64,000 bases of DNA from Gammaproteobacteria bacterium (GTDB taxonomy: Bacteria > Pseudomonadota > Gammaproteobacteria > UBA4575), in NCBI GenBank assembly GCA_965205275.1, contig OZ242168.1:1463276-1527275 (forward strand), written 5' to 3'. Numbering within the stretch: position 1 is the first letter of the stretch; every line of letters starts with the position of its first letter. Position numbers and translations under genes: made by a program. The notes below the pieces were generated by a model that did not search any database, was not told where the DNA came from, and worked only from the letters and a program-made list of their open reading frames with translations. Below are positions 36,375-46,394 of this stretch, piece after piece.

Positions 36375-36812
36375 CTATCCTTGTACCGTAATCTTTTTCG
36401 GCAGTGCCTTCTCCTTTTTCGGTACAAGAAGCTTGAGCACCCCGTGTTCGGTCCTGGCAGAAATATTTTCTGCATCGGCCGTATCCGGCAGCGTAAAGCG
36501 GCGGTAAAAACTTCCGTATATGCGCTCCGTACGGGTATAGCCCAGGCCTTCTTCCTGGTCCTCTGCCTTGCGTTCGCCCTTCACGGTCAACACACCCTCT
36601 TCCAGGGAGACATCGATATCCTTCGGGTCCACACCCGGCACTTCGGCACTGACTTCATAGGCTTCTTCACCTTCCTTGATGTCAATGGGCGGCACCCAGT
36701 CGGATGCCGTGTCGGTATAGCCTGCCGTGCTACCGTTCAGAACACGGTCCACTTCACCACGAAATTCCCGTAATGAATCCCATGGATCATGATATATCCT
36801 TCTTGCAAGCAT
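36375..36812 (-). CDS. Hsp20/alpha-crystallin family small heat-shock protein
   Basis: Alpha-crystallin domain (DIKEGEEAYEVSAEVPGVDPKDIDVSLEEGVLTVKGERK) with a C-terminal IXI-like tail. Confidence 0.85.
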   Translation of the reverse strand: MLARRIYHDPWDSLREFRGEVDRVLNGSTAGYTDTASDWVPPIDIKEGEEAYEVSAEVPGVDPKDIDVSLEEGVLTVKGERKAEDQEEGLGYTRTERIYGSFYRRFTLPDTADAENISARTEHGVLKLLVPKKEKALPKKITVQG

Positions 36813-36898
36813 CGCGCACCTCCTGAAATAAACAAGTAGTAGATACTTATGGAGATATGGGCCAAACAGGCTTTTTCAAGCCTCATAAAATTATTTTT

Positions 36899-37423
36899 TT
36901 ATCCGGTGTCCCGAATGCATTCAAAGCGTGCGGACTCACGGTTTTTTTGCACCGCCTGCGGGGTAAAAAGCTGCCCGTTCATTGCCAGATATACGCCGTG
37001 AGGGAGGTGCTGGGCAGCCGCAACGGCATAGCCGATATTAAAGATGGCATCGGTATTGCGAAAACGTGCAGGCTGCATGGCGCCCGTCAGCACGATGGTT
37101 TTACCCGTAACTTCCTGCAAACACTGTGCGGTATCCACCATGGTATCGGTACCGTGGGTAATCAGAATGTGTGTACACGGCTCAGCCCGGACATGATCGA
37201 CGATATGCCTGCGGTCTTCTGCACTGATTTCCAGGCTGTCCTTTTTAAGGATCGATTCTACCTCGAACGGGAATCCGGCCAACGCCTCTTTGAGAATACC
37301 GTTCACAACCGGCTCGCCAATCTGGTATGTACTCAGGGCATCAAAATACACCTTGTCCAGCGTGCCGCCTGTGCAGAATATTTTTACCTGGTGTTTTTGC
37401 AAGTGGGGGGTGGTGTTTGTCAT
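36899..37423 (-). CDS. Asparaginase-family N-terminal-domain-only protein
   Basis: 174 aa with asparaginase motifs IFCTGGT and HGTDTM, but no C-terminal domain. Confidence 0.5.
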   Translation of the reverse strand: MTNTTPHLQKHQVKIFCTGGTLDKVYFDALSTYQIGEPVVNGILKEALAGFPFEVESILKKDSLEISAEDRRHIVDHVRAEPCTHILITHGTDTMVDTAQCLQEVTGKTIVLTGAMQPARFRNTDAIFNIGYAVAAAQHLPHGVYLAMNGQLFTPQAVQKNRESARFECIRDTG

Positions 37424-37443
37424 GGGATACGTCTCGTAACGGT

Positions 37444-38310
37444 TTATTCTACATTCTGGACCTGCTCTCGCATCTGTTCGATCAACACCTTCAGATCAAC
37501 CGCAGCCTGTGTGGTTTCCGTATCGGCTGATTTCGCCGCCAGGGTGTTGGCCTCACGATGAAATTCCTGCATAAGGAAGTCCAGACGCCGCCCGGTTGCA
37601 CCCTGGCATGCGAATATTGAAGACATTTCATCCAGATGACTTTCCAGGCGGTCCAGTTCTTCCATGACATCCAGTTTCTGTGCAAGATAAACGAGTTCCT
37701 GTTCCAGACGGGTCTGATCGACCTCGCCCCGTAATTCACCCACGCGTTGTTGCAGCTTTTCCCGGATCGCAGCCAGCACCTGCGGGTACCGGGCGCGCAC
37801 TTTCCGGACAATGGACCTGACCTCTGCGCATTTGTCTTGCAGTATTTTTTCGGTACGTTCACCTTCTGTTGCACGCATGCCGACAAGCTGTTCGACCGCC
37901 TTCTCGAATAACCCGGAACAGGCGGCATGAAAACCTTTCATATCCCTCTCGGCTGTCTGCACCATGCCTGGCCAGGCCAGAATATCCATGGCCCGAGCCG
38001 GTGCGGAATCCGGCAGCTTTTCATTCACCTGCCGGATTTGCAGCAAGAGACTTTCCAGCAAAGGCGTGTTCAGTTCCAGTGCTGCAGTTTGTGTATCGGT
38101 CAGCCGGTAACGAAACGCACAATCGATTTTTCCACGGGCAAGCCGGGCCTGAAGATAGCTGCGCAACGGCACCTCCAGCCTGCGAACCTCCTCCGGCAGG
38201 CGAAAATTGATTTCCAGATAACGGTGATTGACCGAGCGTACCTCCCAACTCAGATTGCCCTGTTCACAGGTATCTTCTACACGCGCGAATCCTGTCATAC
38301 TGCACAGCAT
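37444..38310 (-). CDS. yicC: YicC-family stress-induced protein
   Basis: MLCSMTGFARV...SWEVRSVNHRYLE matches the YicC N-terminus. The YicC C-terminal domain is also present. Confidence 0.85.
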   Translation of the reverse strand: MLCSMTGFARVEDTCEQGNLSWEVRSVNHRYLEINFRLPEEVRRLEVPLRSYLQARLARGKIDCAFRYRLTDTQTAALELNTPLLESLLLQIRQVNEKLPDSAPARAMDILAWPGMVQTAERDMKGFHAACSGLFEKAVEQLVGMRATEGERTEKILQDKCAEVRSIVRKVRARYPQVLAAIREKLQQRVGELRGEVDQTRLEQELVYLAQKLDVMEELDRLESHLDEMSSIFACQGATGRRLDFLMQEFHREANTLAAKSADTETTQAAVDLKVLIEQMREQVQNVE

Positions 38311-38407
38311 GGACGGTCCTTTTTCTACCGATTTAAATTGCGCTCACACCTTTGCAAGCAAGTTTTTTACGTATACTACGTCTTTTTGCACAACACCAGG
38401 CTAACTT

Positions 38408-39136
38408 ATGAATCCTGCAAACAGGCCCAGTGGCCGCACCCCGGACCAACTGCGTGACATCCGGTTTACACGCAACTATACCCGAAACCCCGAAGGTTCC
38501 GTATTGGTGGAATTTGGAGATACCCGGGTCCTTTGCACAGCCACGACAGCGGATCAGGTACCCAAATTTCTCAAAGGCAAGGCACAGGGATGGATAACGG
38601 CTGAATACGGCATGCTGCCACGTTCAACCAATGATCGCATGCCCCGGGAAGCGGTGCGTGGCAGACAGGGCGGGCGCACACTTGAAATCCAGCGCCTGAT
38701 TGGCCGTGCATTACGGGCCGGTGTGGACCTGAAGGGGTTGGACGGATACACCATTACGGTCGATTGTGATGTGATTCAGGCCGATGGCGGAACCCGGACT
38801 GCTTCGATCTCGGGTGGATTTGTCGCCCTGCACGAGGCCCTTGCGCAACTGGTAGACGCAGGCAAGATACCCGTTCATCCGGTCCAGCACTTCGTGGCGG
38901 CCGTGTCGGTCGGGATTGTCGACCATGTCCCCGTACTGGACCTTGATTATCCAGAAGACTGCGCCGCACACACCGATATGAACATCGTCATGACCGATGC
39001 GAAATCCTTTATTGAAATACAGGGCACTGCCGAACAACAGGCTTTCACACATGAGGAGTTGACCGCATTGCTGGATCTTGCCAGCCAGGGCATTCAGGAC
39101 ATTATTCAACAGCAAAAGAGCTGCCTGGGGACGTAA
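38408..39136 (+). CDS. rph: Ribonuclease PH
   Basis: 242 aa: [41 protein letters not shown]... Confidence 0.95.
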   Translation: MNPANRPSGRTPDQLRDIRFTRNYTRNPEGSVLVEFGDTRVLCTATTADQVPKFLKGKAQGWITAEYGMLPRSTNDRMPREAVRGRQGGRTLEIQRLIGRALRAGVDLKGLDGYTITVDCDVIQADGGTRTASISGGFVALHEALAQLVDAGKIPVHPVQHFVAAVSVGIVDHVPVLDLDYPEDCAAHTDMNIVMTDAKSFIEIQGTAEQQAFTHEELTALLDLASQGIQDIIQQQKSCLGT

Positions 39137-39137
39137 G

Positions 39138-39728
39138 ATGACTCGGAAAATTGTCCTGGCCAGCAACAATCCCGGCAAACTGCGGGAGATTCAGGCAGTG
39201 CTGGACCGGCAACGATATCCGCTCATTGCCCAGTCTGAATTGCAGATCGGGGAGATTGCCGAAACCGGCACAACCTTTGTGGAAAATGCACTGATCAAAG
39301 CGCGGCATGCCGCGCAACAAAGTGGGCACTGCGCACTGGCGGATGACTCAGGCTTGGAAGTTGATGCCCTGCAAGGGGCTCCGGGTGTCTACAGTGCACG
39401 CTATGCAGGCGAACAGGCCTGTGACAGATCGAACAATGAGAAACTGTTAACCGCGCTCAAAAGTGTGCCGGATTCTGAACGCACTGCACGCTTTCAGTGT
39501 GTCATCGTGTATATACGACACGCACAGGACCCCACGCCAATCCTGTGCCAGGGCACTTGGGAAGGCCGCATTTTGCATGAAGTCACGGGAGACAACGGAT
39601 TCGGCTATGACCCCCTGTTTTACGTCCCCACCCATGACTGCTCTTCTGCGCAACTGGACCCGGCAGAAAAAAACCGCATCAGCCACCGTGCCCAGGCCCT
39701 GCAGAAACTGATGCGCGCACTGGGCTGA
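39138..39728 (+). CDS. rdgB: dITP/XTP pyrophosphatase RdgB (Ham1 family)
   Basis: The start MTRKIVLASNNPGKLRE is 1 nt after the rph stop, and the Ham1 motifs are present. The ORF-table upstream extension overlaps rph and was rejected. Confidence 0.9.
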   Translation: MTRKIVLASNNPGKLREIQAVLDRQRYPLIAQSELQIGEIAETGTTFVENALIKARHAAQQSGHCALADDSGLEVDALQGAPGVYSARYAGEQACDRSNNEKLLTALKSVPDSERTARFQCVIVYIRHAQDPTPILCQGTWEGRILHEVTGDNGFGYDPLFYVPTHDCSSAQLDPAEKNRISHRAQALQKLMRALG

Positions 39729-39757
39729 AAGGGGCCTGTTTTTTTGTGCCTGCCTGA

Positions 39758-40936
39758 ATGTACAAGGTCGATATACCATTATCCCTGTATGTGCACATCC
39801 CCTGGTGTGTGAGGAAATGTCCGTATTGTGATTTCAATTCGCATGAGGTGCGCTCCGCCTTTCCCGAAACACGCTATGTGGATGCCCTGATCACTGACCT
39901 GGAAACACAGGCCGGCCTCGTTGCCGGGCGGGAAATTATCAGCGTTTTCATCGGCGGAGGTACCCCCAGCCTGTTTTCTGCCGGCAGTATTGAACGACTG
40001 CTGGCGGCCATTGCTCGTGAAACAACCCTTGCGCACCTTGCAGAAATCACTATCGAGGCCAACCCGGGAACCCTTGACCAGCAAAACTTCACAGGCTTTC
40101 GCCGCGCAGGCGTCAACCGTATCTCGATTGGTGTGCAAAGCTTCAACGATGCCATGCTGCACGCCCTTGGGCGTATCCACGATGCACATGCCGCAAAACA
40201 GGCCGTGCGGATGGCAAGACAGGCCGGCTTCGAGAATATCAATATTGACCTGATGTATGCCCTGCCCGGCCAGACCCTGGCACAGGCCAGGCAGGATGTT
40301 GAACAGGCCATTGCCCTGCAGCCCGCGCATATCTCCTACTATCAGCTCACCCTTGAACCCCATACCCGCTTTTACCGTTACCCCCCCGCACTGCCCGACA
40401 GCGAACTCAGCTGGGCAATGCAGCAACAGGGGATACGCCGGCTTGCGCGGCATGGCTGGCAGCAATACGAGGTGTCCGCCCACGCACCGGACCGGTCCCG
40501 ATGTGTTCACAATCTGAATTACTGGCAATTCGGAGACTACCTCGGCATTGGTGCCGGAGCACATCAGAAAATCAGCTTCGACAATGCCCGGGTGGTGCGC
40601 AGTGCAAAATCCCGAAATCCGCAGCAATACATGGAGCAGACGCTCAGCGGTACCCCCGTAAAGCCTGAACCGCCCTTGCATCCTGATGAACTGGTATTCG
40701 AGTTTTTACTGAATACCCTGCGCCTGAAATCAGGGTTTACCCGGCAACAGTTCGAACAGCACACGGGCCTTCCCTTCGCATCACTGGTACCGAAGCTGCA
40801 GGCGCTGCTCCTTGAAAACCTGCTGGTCATGCAGGAGGACCGGGTATGCTGCAGTACAACCGGGTACCGGTTTCTCGATGACCTCCTGCAGCGTCTGCTT
40901 CCTGAAATACCCGCGGCGTCTTTGTGTGTGCCGTGA
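39758..40936 (+). CDS. hemW: Radical SAM heme chaperone HemW
   Basis: Radical SAM CxxxCxxC (CVRKCPYCDFNS) and a HemW C-terminal domain. The rdgB-hemW pairing is conserved. Confidence 0.9.
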   Translation: MYKVDIPLSLYVHIPWCVRKCPYCDFNSHEVRSAFPETRYVDALITDLETQAGLVAGREIISVFIGGGTPSLFSAGSIERLLAAIARETTLAHLAEITIEANPGTLDQQNFTGFRRAGVNRISIGVQSFNDAMLHALGRIHDAHAAKQAVRMARQAGFENINIDLMYALPGQTLAQARQDVEQAIALQPAHISYYQLTLEPHTRFYRYPPALPDSELSWAMQQQGIRRLARHGWQQYEVSAHAPDRSRCVHNLNYWQFGDYLGIGAGAHQKISFDNARVVRSAKSRNPQQYMEQTLSGTPVKPEPPLHPDELVFEFLLNTLRLKSGFTRQQFEQHTGLPFASLVPKLQALLLENLLVMQEDRVCCSTTGYRFLDDLLQRLLPEIPAASLCVP

Positions 40937-41212
40937 CGGGTCCCCGGCGCCGGATGTTCCGCAAGCGGGATCAGGCCCTGCAGACGGCTCCGGATGTGCC
41001 CTCCACACGCATATTTGGCATTTTGGCAGCAGAGTTATTCACAGCTGGCCTTCAGGCGTGAACCCCTGCGTGGTTTTACGGACGGGAATCCTGCATAAAA
41101 ATAGCTATACTGAAAATTATTCAATACAATTAAGCAGTTACAATATTGTACGTTATTTAGACAGTTTAACAAAAATGTCACCTTTCTCGGGTTTTTTCAC
41201 TAGGTTTGATAA

Positions 41213-41247
41213 TTATCCACAATCTTATCCACAAAATTTGTGGATTA
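41213..41247. promoter_or_regulatory. Cluster of three DnaA boxes (TTATCCACA x2 perfect, TGTGGATTA inverted with one mismatch) in an AT-rich intergenic region upstream of rpmE
   Basis: The sequence aattatccacaatcttatccacaaaatttgtggattaa was read directly. The boxes lie at 41213-41221, 41225-41233 and 41239-41247. Confidence 0.45.
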
Positions 41248-41398
41248 AGCCATAAACCCCCGTATGGACAATCAGTTAAGTGAGAATAGTTAAAAATACT
41301 TTAAAGGATTCCGCTAACTTAAAATCTCCCGTGCAGCACTTGAGTTGCAGGGTAGGGTTGAGTATGCTCCGTGCCACATTGCAGAAAATATCAAACTC

Positions 41399-41608
41399 AT
41401 GAAACCAAATACCCATCCAGACTATCAAGAAGTAAATGTAGTATGCAGCTGCGGGAACCAGTTTGCCACACGCTCAACCTATGGCGCTGAATCCCTGCAG
41501 ATCGACGTGTGCTCACTGTGCCACCCATTTTTCACGGGCAAGCAGAAAATCCTGGATTCCGCCGGACAGGTGGACAAGTTCAGAAAGCGTTATGGCAAAA
41601 AAAGCTGA
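41399..41608 (+). CDS. rpmE: 50S ribosomal protein L31 (type A, Zn-ribbon)
   Basis: [22 protein letters not shown]...[15 protein letters not shown]. The ORF-table N-terminal extension was rejected. Confidence 0.9.
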   Translation: MKPNTHPDYQEVNVVCSCGNQFATRSTYGAESLQIDVCSLCHPFFTGKQKILDSAGQVDKFRKRYGKKS

Positions 41609-41753
41609 TGCCGCACACAGGGCTCGCCCCGAGTAGCCGGTTTTGAGGCGCCCGGGACCGGGTCACTTGAAACCCCCATGTGTGCACCCGTTCGCCGGCA
41701 AGACTGCAAAAACCCTGTCCCCGTCACACCGTCGGAAAGATCGCCCGTATCCG

Positions 41754-41759
41754 TATAAT
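41754..41759 (+). promoter_or_regulatory. Candidate -10 hexamer TATAAT upstream of the M48 peptidase gene
   Basis: TATAAT lies about 105 nt upstream of the GTG start, with a weak -35. Confidence 0.25.
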
Positions 41760-41866
41760 GTATGGCATGCGATTGGGTGCATGTCCGGGCAGGACAACGT
41801 AAACTGCGCAGGTCTGAATTCCGTAAAATTCGCACTGGATCAACGTCTGTTACCTCAGGAAAAATC

Positions 41867-43327
41867 GTGGTCAGGTATACGCAATTTCTCATCGTGAGCC
41901 TTCTGTTTGGAGGCGGGGTCATTTCAGGATGTGCCACCAATCCGGTTACGGGCAAACAGGACTTTGTGTTGATGTCGGAAGACAGGGAAATCAGTCTTGG
42001 CAGGCAGGCACACTCTAAAATCATGCAACAGTACCGTCCCTACGGTGACCCCGAACTGCAAAGTTACGTAGCGGGTATCGTTGCAGAGTTGTCCCGGAAA
42101 AGCCATCGCAAAAACCTGGAGTTTCAGGTAACGGTTCTGGACAGCCCCCAGATCAACGCCTTCGCGTTGCCCGGAGGCTATATCTATATCACGCGCGGGA
42201 TCATGGCTTATATGAATTCAGAGGCTGAACTGGCGGGCGTGCTGGGCCATGAAATCGGACACATTACGGCCCGCCACGGTGTCCGTCAGCAAAGTGTCGG
42301 AACCTTAACCGATTTAGTGGGTACGGGAATCAATATCCTGACCGGCAGCCGCATTGCCTCACAGGCTGCTGATGTGGGAGGCATGGCATTGATCCGTGGC
42401 TATGGACGCCGCTATGAACTGGAAGCAGACCGCTTGGGCGCCGAATATCTTGCCCGTGTCGGCTATGACCCTGAAGAAATGATCCATGTCGTCGGCCTCC
42501 TCAAGTCGCAGGAAGAGTTCGAAACACGGCTGGCCGAAAAAGAAGGGCGCGTGCCGAATATCTACCACGGTATATTCTCTACGCACCCGGCCAATGACAA
42601 GCGCTTTCAGGAGGTCGTCCGGGCTGCAAACCAGTTCAAGTCAGCCGCCACGCGCGAGGCCAACCGTGAGAAATTCCTGCAGTATATCAATGGACTCGTG
42701 CTGGGTCCCGGCGAAAAAGATGGCGTATTGCGGGGCCGTAAATTCTATCACGGTGATCTGGACCTGTTCATCGAGTTTCCCGAAGGCTGGAAAGTAGACA
42801 ATCTGCCCGAACGCCTGGCAGCCCGGCCCGCAAGCCAGGAGGTACAGTTGCACATCACAGTCGTGAACCTTGACCGATACCAGACTCCTGAAGAATACCT
42901 GGCGAAGCACACCCAGGGCAGGCTGAGCAAGGGCCAGGCCATACAGACCGCAGATTTTCAAGGGTATACAGGACGTACCACTTTCAATGTCAAGGGGGCT
43001 TTCCTGCCAGGGCGCATTGCGGCCATTCTTCATGACACACACCTCTATGAAATAACGGTCGTGGGCAAAAACCAGAGCGCCCTGGACCGTTACGACCGCG
43101 CAGCGCTCACTGTCATTAAAAGCCTGCGAAACCTCAAAGGCAGCGAGAAAAAATTGGCAAACCCGAAACGCATCCAGCTCATCCGTGCAAAACCGGGGGA
43201 TACCTTCGCTTCTCTGGCAGGACAATCGGACCTCCCTGACCATGCGGTAGAACGATTACGCCTGCTCAATGGCCTGTATCCGGACGGTGAGCCCCAGGCC
43301 GGCCAATGGATCAAGACCGTCCATTGA
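41867..43327 (+). CDS. M48-family zinc metallopeptidase lipoprotein (HEIGH) with C-terminal LysM-like domain
   Basis: GTG start with the ribosome-binding site agga. Lipoprotein signal ...LLFGGGVISGC, HEIGH zinc motif, and a C-terminal PGDTFASLAGQSDLP...LNGL (LysM-like). Confidence 0.8.
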   Translation: MVRYTQFLIVSLLFGGGVISGCATNPVTGKQDFVLMSEDREISLGRQAHSKIMQQYRPYGDPELQSYVAGIVAELSRKSHRKNLEFQVTVLDSPQINAFALPGGYIYITRGIMAYMNSEAELAGVLGHEIGHITARHGVRQQSVGTLTDLVGTGINILTGSRIASQAADVGGMALIRGYGRRYELEADRLGAEYLARVGYDPEEMIHVVGLLKSQEEFETRLAEKEGRVPNIYHGIFSTHPANDKRFQEVVRAANQFKSAATREANREKFLQYINGLVLGPGEKDGVLRGRKFYHGDLDLFIEFPEGWKVDNLPERLAARPASQEVQLHITVVNLDRYQTPEEYLAKHTQGRLSKGQAIQTADFQGYTGRTTFNVKGAFLPGRIAAILHDTHLYEITVVGKNQSALDRYDRAALTVIKSLRNLKGSEKKLANPKRIQLIRAKPGDTFASLAGQSDLPDHAVERLRLLNGLYPDGEPQAGQWIKTVH

Positions 43328-43376
43328 ACAGGCCGCCACCACTGACCCGTCGCACCCGATTTCCCTTGCTGTTCAG

Positions 43377-44267
43377 ATGATGTCAGACAAGGTCTACCTG
43401 ATCGATTCCAGTATCTACGTATTCCGTGCTTGGTTTACCGTACCGGATCATGTCGTGAATCAGGACAATGAACCGGTAAATGCCGTGTACGGCTTTGCCG
43501 ACTTCGTATACCAGTTCCTGCAGCAGACCCAGCCCCGGTACATCGCCTTCGCCTTCGATGACAGCCTGAAATCCTGCTTCCGGAACCAGCTGTACCCTGA
43601 ATACAAGGCCAATCGTGAGCCCGCACCGGAAGAACTGAAACGGCAGTTTGCCTATTGCCGGGAATTTTTGCAGGCATCGGGTCTGTTCGAAATCGCGCGG
43701 ACTCATTATGAAGCCGATGACGTAATCGGCACACTGGCCAAGCAAATGCGTGCGCGCGGACATCCGATTACCATCGTGACCGCAGATAAAGACCTGGCAC
43801 AGCTTATTTTTGAAAATGATATTTTGTGGAATTTCGCAAAGGGCCAGCGACACTCCATCCCTCAAATCAAGAAACAGTTCGGGGTCTACCCCGATCAGAT
43901 TGCCGATCAACTGGCCATTGCCGGAGATAAAGTGGATAACATCCAGGGGACACCCGGTATCGGTATGGCTACAGCAGCCAAACTGTTGAACCGGTTTTCC
44001 AGTCTGGAAGGGCTGCTTGCCAATTATACTGAAATTGGCTCAATGAATATCCGCGGTGCCAAGCGAATTCAGAATCTGATTGAAAATCACAAGGAACATT
44101 TGCCGCTGTACAAAAAGCTGACCACCATTCACTGTGATATCAATTTTTCTGACACCCTCAGCCTGAAACGAAAACCACCTGATTTTGCAGCACTGGAAAA
44201 ATTATTCGACAAGTTCGGGTTCAGCAGGTTTCGACGCGAGCGATGGCTGAACATTCTGCAAGCCTGA
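43377..44267 (+). CDS. xni: 5'-3' exonuclease / flap endonuclease (Xni/ExoIX-like)
   Basis: PIN-like 5'-nuclease motifs (LIDSSIYVFRAWF, EADDVIG) and an H3TH domain. The start was moved to 43377. Confidence 0.8.
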   Translation: MMSDKVYLIDSSIYVFRAWFTVPDHVVNQDNEPVNAVYGFADFVYQFLQQTQPRYIAFAFDDSLKSCFRNQLYPEYKANREPAPEELKRQFAYCREFLQASGLFEIARTHYEADDVIGTLAKQMRARGHPITIVTADKDLAQLIFENDILWNFAKGQRHSIPQIKKQFGVYPDQIADQLAIAGDKVDNIQGTPGIGMATAAKLLNRFSSLEGLLANYTEIGSMNIRGAKRIQNLIENHKEHLPLYKKLTTIHCDINFSDTLSLKRKPPDFAALEKLFDKFGFSRFRRERWLNILQA

Positions 44268-44279
44268 TGCAATGAAGCC

Positions 44280-45161
44280 GTGCCCATTGATATCCCGTCT
44301 CTCGAACAACAATTAAACAGGAAGATTGCTGAACCCCTGCACATCGAAAAAATCACGCCGGTCGCGGGCGGTGACATCTGCAAGACCTACAGGATTCAAT
44401 GCCGTACAAAAAGCTGTTTCCTGAAAATCCATCAGTCGCTTATGTATGACATGCTGCAAAGTGAAGCCGGTAATTTGCAGGCCATTGCCGATACGAAAAC
44501 CCTGCGGGTGCCGCACCCTGTCGCGCATGGGCAAACCGATACCTACAGCTTTCTGCTGCTTGAATTTCTGGAGCTTCGCCCGGGCGGATCAAGTACGGCT
44601 TTCGGAAGACTGCTCGCCCGATTGCATCGGCACACGGATGCGCATTTTGGCTGGCATCAGGATAACTGGATCGGCACGACCCCACAGCCAAATGCCCGGT
44701 GCGCGGACTGGATTTCGTTCTGGCGCGACAGGCGGCTCGCACCTCAGCTGAAACGGGCCAAACACAACCATGCCGGCCATTCATTGCTTGCAAACGGTGA
44801 ACGCCTGCTGCGTGATTTTGACGGGCTGTTTGACGGCTACTTGCCCAAACCCAGCCTGTTGCACGGTGACTTGTGGTCAGGAAATTATGCCTTTGACGCA
44901 CAGGCCAGGCCCGTGGTCTACGATCCGGCATGCTACTATGGAGACCGGGAAACCGATCTTGCCATGACCGAATTATTCGGTGGCTTCAGTCAGGAATTCT
45001 ACAGTGCCTATGTGGAGTCCTACCCCCTGGACGGGGGCTACCGGATACGCAAGGATTTTTACAATCTTTATCATGTCCTGAACCACTTTAATATATTTGG
45101 CGGTGGCTACGCCAGACAGGCCGAGCAACTGTGTATGAAGGTATTAAGCGAGCTCAAATAG
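44280..45161 (+). CDS. Fructosamine/ketosamine kinase family protein
   Basis: 293 aa with the kinase-like LLHGDLWSGN motif. Confidence 0.75.
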   Translation: MPIDIPSLEQQLNRKIAEPLHIEKITPVAGGDICKTYRIQCRTKSCFLKIHQSLMYDMLQSEAGNLQAIADTKTLRVPHPVAHGQTDTYSFLLLEFLELRPGGSSTAFGRLLARLHRHTDAHFGWHQDNWIGTTPQPNARCADWISFWRDRRLAPQLKRAKHNHAGHSLLANGERLLRDFDGLFDGYLPKPSLLHGDLWSGNYAFDAQARPVVYDPACYYGDRETDLAMTELFGGFSQEFYSAYVESYPLDGGYRIRKDFYNLYHVLNHFNIFGGGYARQAEQLCMKVLSELK

Positions 45162-45176
45162 CGGTTTGTCAGACGG

Positions 45177-46280
45177 TTACTGTTTGGCACCCTGTTGCAA
45201 TGCACGTTGCCGGGCGGCTTCCCGGTCCTGGGGATCCGGCGCAGTGCTGCATTCCGGCCAGCCCTGTATGTGTCGGGAAATAATCCCGGTCAGGGCCTGA
45301 ATATGAACAGGCCCGTCATTCAGGGCCGGAATATAGTTAAATGACTTGCCACCCTTCCGTAAAAAAATCTCATGGTTCTCCATATCGATTTCTTCCAGGG
45401 TTTCAATGCAGTCTGCCGAAAACCCGGGGCAGAACACATCGACTGACCTGATCCCTTCAGCGGGCAGTTTTTCAAGGGTTGTACGGGTATAGGGTTGTAG
45501 CCATTCGGCCACACCAAAACGTGACTGGAAAGTGAGCATCCAGTCCTCGTCCTTCAGACCCAGCTGCTCGACAATCAGCCGTGCCGTTTGCTGACATTCA
45601 CAATGATAGGGGTCCCCCAGCAAAAGATTCCGTTTCGGCAGGCCGTGAAAGGAAAACAACAGCTTTTGGCTGCGCGGGTGATGCGCCCAGTGCGACCTGA
45701 TCTGTTCCACGCAGGCACTAATATACTCAGGCTCGGCGCCATAACTGTTCACCATGCGTATTTCCGGCAACCATCGTAATTGCGCAAACTCTTTTGCAAG
45801 TGCATCAAAGGTAGACGCTGTGGTACTGGCAGAATACTGCGGGTACAAAGGAAGAACCAGGATACGGCGGGCATTATTTGCCTGCAATGCCTGCAATGCG
45901 GAAGCGATCGAGAGCCGGCCATAGCGCATGGCCAGCACAACCTTTACCCTGCCTGCGCAGGATTGCTCCAGGGCTGCCTGCAAGGCAGATTCCTGTTTTT
46001 TACCAATTGCCAGAAGCGGTGAGCCTTCATGCGTCCATATTTTTACATAGGACTCGACTTTTTTACGAGGCCGCAACGGCAAGACCACGGCATGCAGAAT
46101 GAACCACCATAATGCCCTTGGCATCTCAATGACCCGCGGGTCCCACAGAAACTCTGCAAGATATTTTCGTATGGCACGGACCGTGGGGGCATCCGGTGTC
46201 CCAAGATTCACGATCAACACGCCAAGGCACGTGTCGCCTCCGTGTATATGATCCGGTTCGCCTTTATATTTCGGCATCAA
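45177..46280 (-). CDS. hemH: Ferrochelatase
   Basis: GVLIVNLGTPDAPT and the conserved His/Glu ferrochelatase motifs. It has an approximately 30-aa C-terminal extension. Confidence 0.85.
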   Translation of the reverse strand: MMPKYKGEPDHIHGGDTCLGVLIVNLGTPDAPTVRAIRKYLAEFLWDPRVIEMPRALWWFILHAVVLPLRPRKKVESYVKIWTHEGSPLLAIGKKQESALQAALEQSCAGRVKVVLAMRYGRLSIASALQALQANNARRILVLPLYPQYSASTTASTFDALAKEFAQLRWLPEIRMVNSYGAEPEYISACVEQIRSHWAHHPRSQKLLFSFHGLPKRNLLLGDPYHCECQQTARLIVEQLGLKDEDWMLTFQSRFGVAEWLQPYTRTTLEKLPAEGIRSVDVFCPGFSADCIETLEEIDMENHEIFLRKGGKSFNYIPALNDGPVHIQALTGIISRHIQGWPECSTAPDPQDREAARQRALQQGAKQ

Positions 46281-46394
46281 TATGAACGGTTACGCCGGGT
46301 CGGTGATTGCAGATCATGATCCAAAGGTGAAAAAAACGATGCACAGGGGGAAACAGCAAGGACTGTTTTTCGTTCTGTACAGAACCGGTATCAA

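Noticed and set aside
39078-39137. N-terminal extension of the rdgB ORF overlapping the rph 3' end
   Set aside because: The conserved RdgB N-terminus begins at MTRKIVLASNNPGKL (ATG 39138), 1 nt after the rph stop. The extension is not conserved-looking.
40937-41398. The DnaA-box cluster as the chromosomal origin (oriC)
   Set aside because: There is no dnaA, dnaN, gidA or mnmG context, only three boxes, and no obvious 13-mer DUE repeats. It is kept as a regulatory/titration-site finding rather than annotated as oriC.
41609-41640. Rho-independent terminator after rpmE
   Set aside because: It has only a 4-bp stem (ctcg/cgag) and no T-run, which is too weak to call.
45177-46280. Ferrochelatase C-terminal extension as a fused extra domain
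   Set aside because: The roughly 30-aa tail is low-complexity (Q/A/R-rich) with no motif. It is probably a lineage-specific tail or a late stop rather than a functional fusion.
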